A DNA stretch of 51,360 nt from Balneolaceae bacterium (GTDB lineage Bacteria; Bacteroidota; Rhodothermia; Balneolales; Balneolaceae): positions 1 to 51,360 of the forward strand of contig JAASTO010000001.1 in assembly GCA_021767245.1 (NCBI GenBank). Direction: 5' to 3'. How positions within the stretch are numbered: position 1 is the first letter of the stretch; each line of letters begins with the position of its first letter. This document shows, in pieces, positions 19,164 through 28,301 of this stretch. Below the pieces are notes generated by a model. It saw nothing but the letters and a program-made list of their open reading frames with translations. It did not search any database and had not been told where the DNA came from. The position numbers and the translations under genes were made by a program.

Positions 19164-19935
19164 TACAACACCAATATATACGGCTTTAGCTGAATTATAT
19201 GATACCTTGATGGATGATGTCGATTATGAAATGTGGGCAGATTTTATTGACGAGGTCATACAAACCCATCATCCCAATCCGATCGATGTGCTGGAACTGG
19301 CCTGTGGAACCGGTGCTATCTCGCTTTGCCTGGCACGGTTCGATGAGTACAACCTGACCGGCACCGATCTCTCTCCGGCTATGATCGAGAAAGCGCGACA
19401 AAAAGCCGCCGAACGGGAACTCGATGTACAATTCCGAAGTATGAATTTTTTAGATATTGACATCGACCAGACCTTCGATATCATATTTTCGGTCTTCGAT
19501 AGCGTTAATTATCTGCATGAGGAAGCCGATATCCTTAAAATGCTGAGAGGATGCCATAAGATCTTAAAGCCAAACGGACTCCTTATTTTTGATTTTTCAA
19601 CTCCAAAAAACTCTCTGGAAGCCGTCGATTATCTGAATAACGAAGAAGGGAGTTTTGGATCCTACCGTTATTTCAGAAGAAGCAAATACGATCCACACAA
19701 TAATTTTCACTACAATATCTTTGATATTGACTACATGGAAGAAGACGGAAAAACCGTTGCAGACAGTTTTCAGGAGGTTCATAAACAAAGAGTGTATTCT
19801 CTTGACGAAATGTTGTCAATTTTAGCTCAAACGCCCTATCATCAGGTTGCCAAATACGAAGATTTTGATTTGGTTGATGCAGATGAAAACAGTGCACGTG
19901 TAACAATGGTTCTTAAATGTCAGAAACAGCCGTAA
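19153..19935 (+). CDS. Class I SAM-dependent methyltransferase
   Basis: LELACGTG, DLSPAM, FDSVNY, GLLIFD. Confidence 0.88.
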   Translation: MKTDTTPIYTALAELYDTLMDDVDYEMWADFIDEVIQTHHPNPIDVLELACGTGAISLCLARFDEYNLTGTDLSPAMIEKARQKAAERELDVQFRSMNFLDIDIDQTFDIIFSVFDSVNYLHEEADILKMLRGCHKILKPNGLLIFDFSTPKNSLEAVDYLNNEEGSFGSYRYFRRSKYDPHNNFHYNIFDIDYMEEDGKTVADSFQEVHKQRVYSLDEMLSILAQTPYHQVAKYEDFDLVDADENSARVTMVLKCQKQP

Positions 19936-20618
19936 TTGAACTTAAAAATGTAACCCTGAACTACGATAAGAACAGGGTTTTGGACGACGTCAACTTCAAA
20001 CTACATAATGGGGAGTTCGCATATCTTATCGGTCCAACCGGGATCGGTAAAAGTACCTTCCTTAAACTTTTATATCGAGATGTGGTCCCTGATTCCGGAA
20101 CCGTTCGGGTCACGGAATACCCTGTCAACAAGATCAGTGAACGCGAAGTCCCTATGCTGCGAAGACGGCTTGGTATTGTATTTCAGGATTTTCAGTTATT
20201 GAAAGACCGTAATGTTTTTGATAACGTGGCTTTTTCGCTTCAGGTAACCGGTGAGAAACCGAAATTCATCAAAGAGCGGGTGCTTGAGGTTTTGACCATG
20301 GTTGGACTAAGCCACCGAAGAAAACATCTTCCCAGAGACCTTTCAGGTGGAGAACAACAGCGGGTAGTGATTGCCCGTGCCCTTGCCAATGAACCACGCA
20401 TTTTGCTGGCCGACGAGCCAACGGGTAACCTCGATCCCAAGGCTACAAAAGAGATCATGGAGCTGCTTAGAACTATCAATAATCGTGGTATGGCTGTACT
20501 TATGATCACTCATGACTATGCCGTGGTCAAAAAGTATAAGGCAAGAACCGTGCGTATGGTAAATGGCAAAACACAGGATCTTGTCTGGAAAGGCGATAAG
20601 CTGGTTCCTGTAAAATAA
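19917..20618 (+). CDS. ftsE: Cell division ATP-binding protein FtsE
   Basis: [43 protein letters not shown]. Confidence 0.88.
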   Translation: MSETAVIELKNVTLNYDKNRVLDDVNFKLHNGEFAYLIGPTGIGKSTFLKLLYRDVVPDSGTVRVTEYPVNKISEREVPMLRRRLGIVFQDFQLLKDRNVFDNVAFSLQVTGEKPKFIKERVLEVLTMVGLSHRRKHLPRDLSGGEQQRVVIARALANEPRILLADEPTGNLDPKATKEIMELLRTINNRGMAVLMITHDYAVVKKYKARTVRMVNGKTQDLVWKGDKLVPVK

Positions 20619-20645
20619 TTTCAATCCACTTCAGACCTAATTCAA

Positions 20646-21611
20646 ATGATGGTCGATCAGCAACAATTGACGGAGCAGATCAGGGCTTATGCTCTTGAAT
20701 TAGGGTTTGACGCCTGTGGTTTCGCCAAGGCACAGCACTTACCTCACGAAGAACGCAGGTTAGGTGAATGGCTTGATCAGGATAGAAATGGCACGATGAG
20801 CTGGATGGAAAACCATTTTGAAAAACGGGTCGATCCAACACTGCTTGTTCCCGGTTCGAAGACTGTGGTTTCTGTTTTGGCCAGTTACTGGCATCCATCC
20901 CATGCCCGGCAGATCGGTGAAACCAAACATCCACTGATCTCTAAATATGCACAGGGACGTGATTATCATAAGGTTTTGAAAAAGAACTTAAAAAAGTTGT
21001 TTCAGTTCACGAAAGACAAATTTGGTGGACTGGAGGGGCGTATTTTTACGGATTCAGCCCCGGTACTTGATAAAGTTTGGGCACAACGGGCAGGACTTGG
21101 CTGGATCGGTAAGAATTCCAATTTACTAAACAAAGACATCGGTTCGTTCTTCTTTATCGGTGAAATGATCATTGATGCAGAATTGAATTATGATGCTCCC
21201 CAAACTGACCATTGTGGTACATGTACCCGATGTATAGATGCCTGCCCTACCGATGCGATTTACGAACCTTACCGTGTGGATGCAACCAAATGTATCTCCT
21301 ACCTAACCATAGAGCTTAAGGATGAAATTGCAGATTCAGAACAGGATGGAATCCAAAATTGGATCTACGGGTGTGACATTTGTCAGGATGTGTGCCCCTG
21401 GAACAGCAAAGCTAAATTAGCTTCCTTCACTGATCTTCACCCCAGGGATTACGTGGTTGACCATGACCTTAAGTTCTGGAAAGATCTGACGCAGGATCAA
21501 TACGATTCCATTTTTGAAGGTAGTGCCATTCGGCGAGCCAAGTTTGATAAATTCAGCCACAATGTTTCAGTGGTATCCAGGAACATTACTCAGATGGATC
21601 AAAAGAACTGA
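20646..21611 (+). CDS. queG: tRNA epoxyqueuosine(34) reductase
   Basis: YAQGRDYH, DSAPVL, GWIGKNS, CGTCTRCIDACPT, CISYLTIE, GCDICQDVCPWN. Confidence 0.96.
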   Translation: MMVDQQQLTEQIRAYALELGFDACGFAKAQHLPHEERRLGEWLDQDRNGTMSWMENHFEKRVDPTLLVPGSKTVVSVLASYWHPSHARQIGETKHPLISKYAQGRDYHKVLKKNLKKLFQFTKDKFGGLEGRIFTDSAPVLDKVWAQRAGLGWIGKNSNLLNKDIGSFFFIGEMIIDAELNYDAPQTDHCGTCTRCIDACPTDAIYEPYRVDATKCISYLTIELKDEIADSEQDGIQNWIYGCDICQDVCPWNSKAKLASFTDLHPRDYVVDHDLKFWKDLTQDQYDSIFEGSAIRRAKFDKFSHNVSVVSRNITQMDQKN

Positions 21612-22420
21612 TAATCCCCGGTTGTTAAACGCCGGTTAGTTTCATCAATTGAGACCCCTTCAATGGTAAATGTATCACCACTTTCTTTTTCTGTGACTTT
21701 CATATAAAGAACTGAGGCATTCCGCATATCATCCGGGTAGCCGTAGTCTGGTGTCTTTTCATTGTTTTTGAAGGACGGAAACATTCCTGAAAAACTCATA
21801 TCGATCTCATTTGTATAATACATAATGACCGTTGATTCATTATTCTCGATCTGCTTTCCCTGTGCTTCGTAACCCAAAATTGTTTTGGACGGAAGATCTG
21901 TTATTACAAACTCCTCATTATCCATTTCTGAATCATCGTAGGTTTCAACTTCATCCGGGAGAGAATATGTGATGGCCATTTTGTTTCCTTCTTGCTCTAC
22001 GAAAGAGATCATACTGCCAAGGTCTCCATCCATGACCATAAACATTCCCTCCGCCTCAGGTATCTCATATCCTACATAATTACCGCCTGAGGTGAGGTAA
22101 TAATCAAAAATCAAATCATCCTTCATTTCAGCATTGGATATCTTCATCTTGAACTTCCAATCGAATGAATAGTCGGAAGGCAAATTCTCCGGTTTAGAGA
22201 TTCTTTCTGATCCTCCATAAGGATTATTCTCAGACTTGAACTGAACATCCACCTTATCAACCACGGCATCAGCCACTTGTTCTGAAATTTTATCCGAAAC
22301 CCGATTCTCAACCTTTGATTTTGTTTTATCCTTGATCTTTTTCCAGATCTGAGCTTCTGCAACTGCATTCATTGAAAAGCTTATCAGTAACACACCCGTA
22401 AAAAACTTAATGATTTTCAT
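21599..22420 (-). CDS. Exported protein, DUF4412-like
   Basis: Likely ATG at 22420; signal peptide AEA|Q; basic helical N-terminus; KTILGYEAQG motif. Confidence 0.65.
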   Translation of the reverse strand: MKIIKFFTGVLLISFSMNAVAEAQIWKKIKDKTKSKVENRVSDKISEQVADAVVDKVDVQFKSENNPYGGSERISKPENLPSDYSFDWKFKMKISNAEMKDDLIFDYYLTSGGNYVGYEIPEAEGMFMVMDGDLGSMISFVEQEGNKMAITYSLPDEVETYDDSEMDNEEFVITDLPSKTILGYEAQGKQIENNESTVIMYYTNEIDMSFSGMFPSFKNNEKTPDYGYPDDMRNASVLYMKVTEKESGDTFTIEGVSIDETNRRLTTGDYQFF

Positions 22421-22459
22421 ACCTGTCACCTTTTAGATTTATAGATTGCTCACATCTAT

Positions 22460-22487
22460 ATACGACATAAAGTCCAAAAACAGATCA
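22460..22487 (-). promoter_or_regulatory. Putative ECF-sigma promoter TGATCT-N17-CGTAT
   Basis: About 40 nt upstream of the DUF4412-like gene; same architecture as the motifs at 23424-23451 and 24171-24198. Confidence 0.6.
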
Positions 22488-22504
22488 TTTAGATAAAAAT
22501 GTAT

Positions 22505-22537
22505 AAAAAAAGCCGACCTGCAAAACAGGCCGGCTTT
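22505..22537 (-). terminator. Rho-independent terminator after the lipoprotein gene
   Basis: Minus strand AAAGCCGGCCTG-TTTTG-CAGGTCGGCTTTTTTT: hairpin with one G-U pair and a U-tail. Confidence 0.85.
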
Positions 22538-22584
22538 AACCCATGATCAACCAACTGAGGTTGAATCAATAGTTATGAAGTAAT

Positions 22585-23388
22585 TTATACCCCACAACTC
22601 ACGTCCTGAAACTGACTATCCCAGCAAAAGCGGTTACCTGAATCATTACCGATCTGATAGTATCCAGTCTGTGTTGAGGTATCCCAGTGGATATAAATAT
22701 TTTCGGTTCCATACGTGTAGGTCATGTCAAAAGAAGTACCATCCTGAACAAAGGTGTAGAACTCCTCTCCTTCCTGACCTGAATCATCGTATAAACGGGT
22801 TTCGAGCTCAAATTGGTCATCTCCACTCCGTGTCCATTCTGAGGTCATTAACGGTTCTTCAGTATTTGTATCAGGATTCAGGGAGTTGAAGGTCCAGTCC
22901 CCATACGAACCGTCGTTAGCCATTGTCCCTTCTACCATGGTATAATCCTCAAATGAGTTGCCCTGTCCGTCATCATAGGACCAATTCATCTCCCAGCGAA
23001 TTGAATCTGTCAGTTCCTGAGCCGTTAAAACGATGGAAACAGATTCTCCCTCAAACGCATAAGAATACGTCCATGTCCAGACTCCGTTATCAAACTCCGC
23101 CTCTTCTGTGTCTGCCGAGCTAAAGAATGAACTGTAAATCTGTCCAAATTGACTAAAGGCCATTAAGCCCAATGCATATGACTTTCCATCATAGAAATTG
23201 TTGGTTGTCTGAAGTTTTGGATTATTATCCAAAAAGTAAGACAGATCCGGCTCTGCATCTTCGAAGGTAGGAATGGCAGGTGGATCTTCATCCATCCCCG
23301 AAACAGGATCATCGCTGCCGCAGGATGTCCAAACAAACAGTGACAGTAGTAGTATGACTGAAAACAGTCGAATAGTATAGTTTTTCAT
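22585..23388 (-). CDS. Acidic hypothetical lipoprotein
   Basis: Lipobox WTS|C followed by GSDD; rich in Asp, Glu, Trp and Tyr with a beta-strand pattern. Confidence 0.8.
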   Translation of the reverse strand: MKNYTIRLFSVILLLSLFVWTSCGSDDPVSGMDEDPPAIPTFEDAEPDLSYFLDNNPKLQTTNNFYDGKSYALGLMAFSQFGQIYSSFFSSADTEEAEFDNGVWTWTYSYAFEGESVSIVLTAQELTDSIRWEMNWSYDDGQGNSFEDYTMVEGTMANDGSYGDWTFNSLNPDTNTEEPLMTSEWTRSGDDQFELETRLYDDSGQEGEEFYTFVQDGTSFDMTYTYGTENIYIHWDTSTQTGYYQIGNDSGNRFCWDSQFQDVSCGV

Positions 23389-23423
23389 GTTGTACCGATT
23401 TTGGTTAATACTTGTATCAGTAC

Positions 23424-23451
23424 ATGCGAAAAACAGAAGAAAAATGGGTCA
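23424..23451 (-). promoter_or_regulatory. Putative ECF-sigma promoter TGACCC-N17-CGCAT
   Basis: In the 72-nt gap between the sigma gene and the lipoprotein gene, about 35 nt before the ATG. Confidence 0.62.
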
Positions 23452-23460
23452 CCTGAAATA

Positions 23461-24093
23461 TTAAATTTTATCTCTCTTGTCGATAAGGGCTTTGTACAAT
23501 AACTCCCTGGCTCTGAAAATATGGGCTTTTACGGTCCCTAATGGAAGATCAAGTATCTCTGCGATCTCCTGATAAGATTTTTCTTCCATGTGTCTCATCT
23601 CAATAACCAGACGGTATTTCTCCGGGAGATCATCAATAGCTTCCTGAACGATGGCTTTTCGCTCTTTTTTCATGACCGGCTCATCGGTAGAGAAACTTTC
23701 ATCAGGCAGCTGAATTTCCATATCCCCATCCTTGGTTGTGTAGGGTTGATCGATGGAAAGGGTTTGGAGTTTTTTCTTTCTCAGATAATCGATGGTATGA
23801 TTGGTAGCAATGCGATAGATCCAGGTCGAAAATGCATATTCGTTACTATAGGAGTTCAGGTTATGAAAGGCTTTCATGAATACCTCCTGAACCAGGTCAT
23901 CTACCAGTTCCACCTCTTTAATCATCTTCCGGATATGGAAATAGAGCGGTTTTTGATATTTATCTACAAGTTTACTGTAAGAATCTTCCCTGCCGGCCAG
24001 TGCTTCACTTACCAAAGCATCATCTTCCAGACTGCTCGCAGACGCATTTTTACGTGGTGAGTTATTTTCCAATTCTGAGTTTTCTTCTGCCAT
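23461..24093 (-). CDS. ECF sigma-70 factor (SigW/RpoE-like)
   Basis: Region 2 DDLVQEVFMKAF...FSTWIYRIATNHTIDYLRKK; region 4 SYQEIAEILDLPLGTVKAHIFRAR. Confidence 0.95.
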   Translation of the reverse strand: MAEENSELENNSPRKNASASSLEDDALVSEALAGREDSYSKLVDKYQKPLYFHIRKMIKEVELVDDLVQEVFMKAFHNLNSYSNEYAFSTWIYRIATNHTIDYLRKKKLQTLSIDQPYTTKDGDMEIQLPDESFSTDEPVMKKERKAIVQEAIDDLPEKYRLVIEMRHMEEKSYQEIAEILDLPLGTVKAHIFRARELLYKALIDKRDKI

Positions 24094-24170
24094 ATCCGAA
24101 TTAAATTCAGCCCTTAAAATACAAAGCCTGTGCTAAATGAAAATGCTTTTTTTAAGTATAATTTTAAATA

Positions 24171-24198
24171 TGAACCTTTTTTAGTACACTTTACGCAT
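24171..24198 (+). promoter_or_regulatory. Putative ECF-sigma promoter TGAACC-N17-CGCAT
   Basis: About 54 nt upstream of the outer-membrane barrel ATG; resembles the SigW-type TGAAAC...CGTA pattern. Confidence 0.62.
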
Positions 24199-24251
24199 TA
24201 ATGGTTGAAGCATTTATGCAACAACTATAATAACAACAAAAATAAATACTC

Positions 24252-24743
24252 ATGAAAAAACTAACTACTTCTATATTCTTGGTACTTTGCTCAATTTTAG
24301 CTGTACAAAGTGCACAGGCACAATTTAAAGCCGGTGTTGGACTCATGTACGGTTCTGAGGTTGAACAACTGGGTATTCGTGTTGACGGGGTTTACACGAT
24401 CAATGAGCAATTCAGGGGTGTAGCTGATTTCGGCTATTTTTTTCCAGAAGATGTTAACGGTGGTGACATTAATTACTGGGAACTTAACCTAAACGGAAAT
24501 TACATGTTCTTCTCTGATCCTGATCAGGGATTGAACGCTTATGCCTTAGCCGGTTTGAACTTCTTCAATTCATCGGTAGAGATTGATGGATTTGGCAGCA
24601 GTTCAAGTAACGAAACCGGTTTAAACCTGGGAGCAGGCTTGGAGTACAATCTTGATTTTGCTGAATTGTTTGCAGAAGCTAAATTTGTTATTAGTGATGC
24701 TGATCAGCTTAACATCGGTGCCGGTTTAAGATTCCCTTTCTAA
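24252..24743 (+). CDS. Small outer-membrane beta-barrel protein (OmpA/OmpW-like, probably 8-stranded)
   Basis: Signal peptide AQA|Q, alternating amphipathic strands, GLNLGAGLEY, C-terminal GLRFPF. Confidence 0.85.
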   Translation: MKKLTTSIFLVLCSILAVQSAQAQFKAGVGLMYGSEVEQLGIRVDGVYTINEQFRGVADFGYFFPEDVNGGDINYWELNLNGNYMFFSDPDQGLNAYALAGLNFFNSSVEIDGFGSSSSNETGLNLGAGLEYNLDFAELFAEAKFVISDADQLNIGAGLRFPF

Positions 24744-24773
24744 ACAGTTAGTAGCTTTGCTGTTATAAGCATC

Positions 24774-24810
24774 AAAAGCGTTGTTGTGAAGATCAGCAAC
24801 GCTTTTTATT
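24774..24810. terminator. Bidirectional terminator between the convergent OMP and Ppx genes
   Basis: AAAAGCGTTGTTG-N7-CAGCAACGCTTTT with flanking A and T runs. Confidence 0.82.
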
Positions 24811-25732
24811 TGGTATTCAATATGGCACCGTGTCGTATTCCGCCTGTTGAGACCGTCAATTCTTTTCTTTCAAATCTCTCCATGAAGCCATCCAATATCA
24901 TCAATCCGGCCAGAATGATATCTGCCCTGCCCTTCAGAATGTTAGGGTGTTCTTTCAGGATCTCATCGGTTCTCATTTTTGAAAAACGCTGAATAACGTC
25001 TCTAATCTCGTCTCTTCCAATGATCACATCATTGATCTCTTCAACGACAAACATGTCCATTTCCATCACAATAGCTGCAAGTGAAGTGACCGTACCGGCC
25101 ACACCAACCGCTCTGAAGTAGGAATTATTGTGAAAAAACCGGTTTCTGAACATTGTTTTAATGAGACCCCGGCAAGCCTTGATCTCATCTTCAGTCGGTG
25201 GGTCTAACCTCAGAAACCGTTCGGTAAAGCGTACCGAGCCCATATCAAATGAATACTTATCCACCATGTATTGATCTCTGACATGAGCTACCTCGGTACT
25301 GCCTCCACCAATATCCAGTATCAGGTATTCCCCGCGACCGGTTGTGGGCTTTTCTATCATGGATAATGCTCCGGCTGCCGTCCACTTTGCTTCCTCTTTC
25401 CCTGAAAGTAAACGGATATCAAAGCCCGTTTGCTGCTTTACGTTCAGTATGAATTCGTCACGGTTCAGGGCATCCCGGACAGCACTGGTGGCTGTTACCA
25501 CCGGTTTGGCAGCTTCCGGGTAGGATGAATCCAAGATCTCTTTATATTCCATGAGAGCCTCGATCACCCTATTCATTGAAGCTTCATTGATCATTTTTTG
25601 GGCATCCACCCCTTTACCCAAGCGAGGCAGTCTTTGCTCCTCATGCAATGGAAGGATAATCCCCCCCGAACGTTTCTCCGCCACCAATAGCAGCACGGAA
25701 TTGGTCCCGATATCAATAGCAGATCTGATCAT
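24806..25732 (-). CDS. Ppx/GppA family phosphatase (short form)
   Basis: IDIGTNS, ATSAVRDA, LLSGKEEA, DIGGGSTE, GIRHG. Confidence 0.92.
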   Translation of the reverse strand: MIRSAIDIGTNSVLLLVAEKRSGGIILPLHEEQRLPRLGKGVDAQKMINEASMNRVIEALMEYKEILDSSYPEAAKPVVTATSAVRDALNRDEFILNVKQQTGFDIRLLSGKEEAKWTAAGALSMIEKPTTGRGEYLILDIGGGSTEVAHVRDQYMVDKYSFDMGSVRFTERFLRLDPPTEDEIKACRGLIKTMFRNRFFHNNSYFRAVGVAGTVTSLAAIVMEMDMFVVEEINDVIIGRDEIRDVIQRFSKMRTDEILKEHPNILKGRADIILAGLMILDGFMERFERKELTVSTGGIRHGAILNTK

Positions 25733-26565
25733 TTCTCAAACAGAATTGCGATCCACTCTCCATGTTGGCGGGTTCCCTTATATGTTAGGGGAGCTACTAC
25801 CTGCTGTTCTTTAATGATCTTTTCATCTTCTTCGAGGAGTCCGGAGAGGAGTAGTTTACCACCCTTACTTAAACGTCTGACAAGTTCAGGCAGTAATTCT
25901 ATCAGCGCATTTCGGTTGATATTTGCCAGGATCAGATCGTAAGTGTCTCCTTCAGGAATTACTTCTGTTGAACCGAGTTTGACCTCAAAGTTTTCAACTT
26001 TGTTCAACAAGATATTTTCTTTGGCATTGGTTTCACTCCATTCATCGATATCAAAACCAAAGGCACGGTCGGCTCCAAGTTTGAGGGCCGCAATGGCAAG
26101 AATCCCGGTTCCTGTACCCGCATCCAGCACCGTATCCCCTTCGTTCACTACTTCCGGCAGCCATTCAAGCATCACCCTTGTTGTGGCATGATAACCGGTT
26201 CCAAAAGCCATTTTGGGATCGATCATTAATTCGATCTTATCCTCTAGCTCCCCATCAAATGAACTCCAGGTGGGATGCACATAAAACTTTCCGATCGTTT
26301 GGGGTTTTATGGTTTTTTCCCATTCCTGATTCCAGTTTTTTGGAGTAAGAACCTGTTCACTTAAAATGGATGATTCCTCACCAAAGGCCATTATTTTTTG
26401 CTCGATCTCTTCCCTCTTGGTGTCATCAAAACGGGTTGCAGGAATACTTGCAACCAATACATCATCTAATTGTTCAAACCCCTCAAAATCCAGTTCCAGA
26501 AGTTCTGCTATCAGCAATTCCTGATAATCATCTTTAACTGAAATACGCAGTTCTATGTAATCCAT
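25729..26565 (-). CDS. prmA: Ribosomal protein L11 methyltransferase
   Basis: NWNQEWEK, IDPKMAFGTGYHATT, LDAGTGTGILAI, ILANIN. Confidence 0.95.
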   Translation of the reverse strand: MDYIELRISVKDDYQELLIAELLELDFEGFEQLDDVLVASIPATRFDDTKREEIEQKIMAFGEESSILSEQVLTPKNWNQEWEKTIKPQTIGKFYVHPTWSSFDGELEDKIELMIDPKMAFGTGYHATTRVMLEWLPEVVNEGDTVLDAGTGTGILAIAALKLGADRAFGFDIDEWSETNAKENILLNKVENFEVKLGSTEVIPEGDTYDLILANINRNALIELLPELVRRLSKGGKLLLSGLLEEDEKIIKEQQVVAPLTYKGTRQHGEWIAILFEK

Positions 26566-27527
26566 TATAACCTGTTGTAAATTAATTCTGCTAAAACATC
26601 ACCCACAGCCTGCATGGTTTGCTTACTAATAATATCCATATCATCATTTTGTGTGTGCCAGTAAGGAGGAAATTCAGCAACTCCATTAGGTTTTCGATAG
26701 TGATGTATAATGTTAATAATGGGAATTCTTGCCTGTTCATTCACGATCACATGATCATCAGAAACAGCCGCGCCCTGTTCATCCAGAAACAGATCTCCAT
26801 ACCCTTTTTCATCCGCAATATTCCACACTTCGTTTACAAGATTGGGAGCATAATTCACAGAATACTGTTCCTTGGGAAACTGAGCTCCGGTTCCCCCTAC
26901 CATGTCCAGCAAGATCCCAAAACGAGGACTGTAACCGGGTACAGGGGGATTTTGTGACCAATATCTGGAACCGAGAAAGTATCGGCTTAGATCGCCGGAC
27001 TCGCCATAATCTTCCCCATCGAATAAGACAATATCTACACCTACCGGCGGTGGGTTATCCCTGAACATCCTTGCAAGTTCCAACAATACGCCAACTCCAC
27101 TGGCTCCGTCATCGGCACCTAAAATAGGTTGGTCTGTATCCGTCGAATCCATATCTGCCCGCGGACGACTATCCCAGTGCGCACTTAACATAATGCGGTC
27201 TGAGGCGTTCAGGTTGAATGCAGCGATCACGTTGCCAAGCTGTAAGGTTTCATTATAACCTTCTGTTTCAAATCGCTGAACAAAAACAGCGTTGTTTCCG
27301 GCGTAGGATTTTAACTTCTGTTCAAAGTAATCAATCGCTTTTTGATGGGCGGTACTATTCGGAACCCTTGGCCCCAGCACTACCTGATCACTCACAAACT
27401 GATATGCCGAATCTACATTGAATGCAGGAACTGTTCTTCCCTTTTCAGTAAAAGAAAGTCCCGTTTCTCTTTCCTCACCACAACTGATGAAGATCAGGGA
27501 TGCCAGCAGAATCAACCATTTATTCAT
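26565..27527 (-). CDS. M28-family lipoprotein, glutaminyl-cyclase-like
   Basis: Likely start MNKWL at 27527 with lipobox FIS|C; GPRVPNS, AHWDSRP, GADDGASG, FDGEDYG, LDMVG, SDDH, YWHT. Confidence 0.85.
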   Translation of the reverse strand: MNKWLILLASLIFISCGEERETGLSFTEKGRTVPAFNVDSAYQFVSDQVVLGPRVPNSTAHQKAIDYFEQKLKSYAGNNAVFVQRFETEGYNETLQLGNVIAAFNLNASDRIMLSAHWDSRPRADMDSTDTDQPILGADDGASGVGVLLELARMFRDNPPPVGVDIVLFDGEDYGESGDLSRYFLGSRYWSQNPPVPGYSPRFGILLDMVGGTGAQFPKEQYSVNYAPNLVNEVWNIADEKGYGDLFLDEQGAAVSDDHVIVNEQARIPIINIIHHYRKPNGVAEFPPYWHTQNDDMDIISKQTMQAVGDVLAELIYNRL

Positions 27528-28284
27528 CCCGGTGTACCATGGTAGAAGAAGATTGATCGACCGGAAAGACAATGGTATCCATGATGTTCACATGATCAGG
27601 GCGATTCGCAATAAACAAGATGATCTCTGCAATATCCTGAGCAACCAGCGGCTGCATGCCTTTATACACACTGTCTGCCTTTTCTTTATCTCCACTGAAG
27701 CGAACCTCACTGAATTCCGTTTCAACCAGTCCCGGTGAGACCATGCTCACTCTGACCTTTGTTCCGTGTAAGTCCTTCTTCGTTGCTTCGGTAATTGCTT
27801 TAACTGCATGTTTTGTGGCCGTATACACCACACCTCCCGGGTAAGATTCATGACCGGCAATGGAACCTACATTGATGATATGGCCCGCATTACGTGTTTT
27901 CATTTGAGCCGATATCAATCGAGAGAGATACAGTAAGCCCTTGATGTTGGTGTCAATCATAGTATTCCAGTCATCAAAAGAAGCAGAATAAACTGGATCT
28001 GTTCCTTTAGCCATACCGGCATTGTTGACCAGGATATCCACCGGTTTGTCAATCGAATCAACGAATTTGACGCAGGCATCTGAATCCTGAATATCAAATG
28101 CAGCCGGGGTGACGCTTATTCCATATCTGGATTCGAGATCTTCTTTAAGCTGGTTCAGCTTTTCCTCTCTTCTTCCAGTGAGGTACAGATCAACACCGGA
28201 AGCTGCCATTTGAATGGCTGTACTCATTCCGATCCCGGCTGTTGCACCGGTTATAATAGCTGTCTTACCCTGAAGTCGATTCAT
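27520..28284 (-). CDS. Short-chain dehydrogenase (YdfG-like)
   Basis: TGATAGIG, NNAG, GSIAG, YTATK, PGLVETEFS. Confidence 0.92.
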   Translation of the reverse strand: MNRLQGKTAIITGATAGIGMSTAIQMAASGVDLYLTGRREEKLNQLKEDLESRYGISVTPAAFDIQDSDACVKFVDSIDKPVDILVNNAGMAKGTDPVYSASFDDWNTMIDTNIKGLLYLSRLISAQMKTRNAGHIINVGSIAGHESYPGGVVYTATKHAVKAITEATKKDLHGTKVRVSMVSPGLVETEFSEVRFSGDKEKADSVYKGMQPLVAQDIAEIILFIANRPDHVNIMDTIVFPVDQSSSTMVHRDE

Positions 28285-28301
28285 GCTCTTCGTTATTTTT
28301 A

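Noticed and set aside
27528-27572. Longer start for the M28 gene (likewise 30137 for tatA, 10132, 22429, 35766 and 38225)
   Set aside because: Downstream ATGs restore normal signal peptides or N-termini and reduce overlaps.
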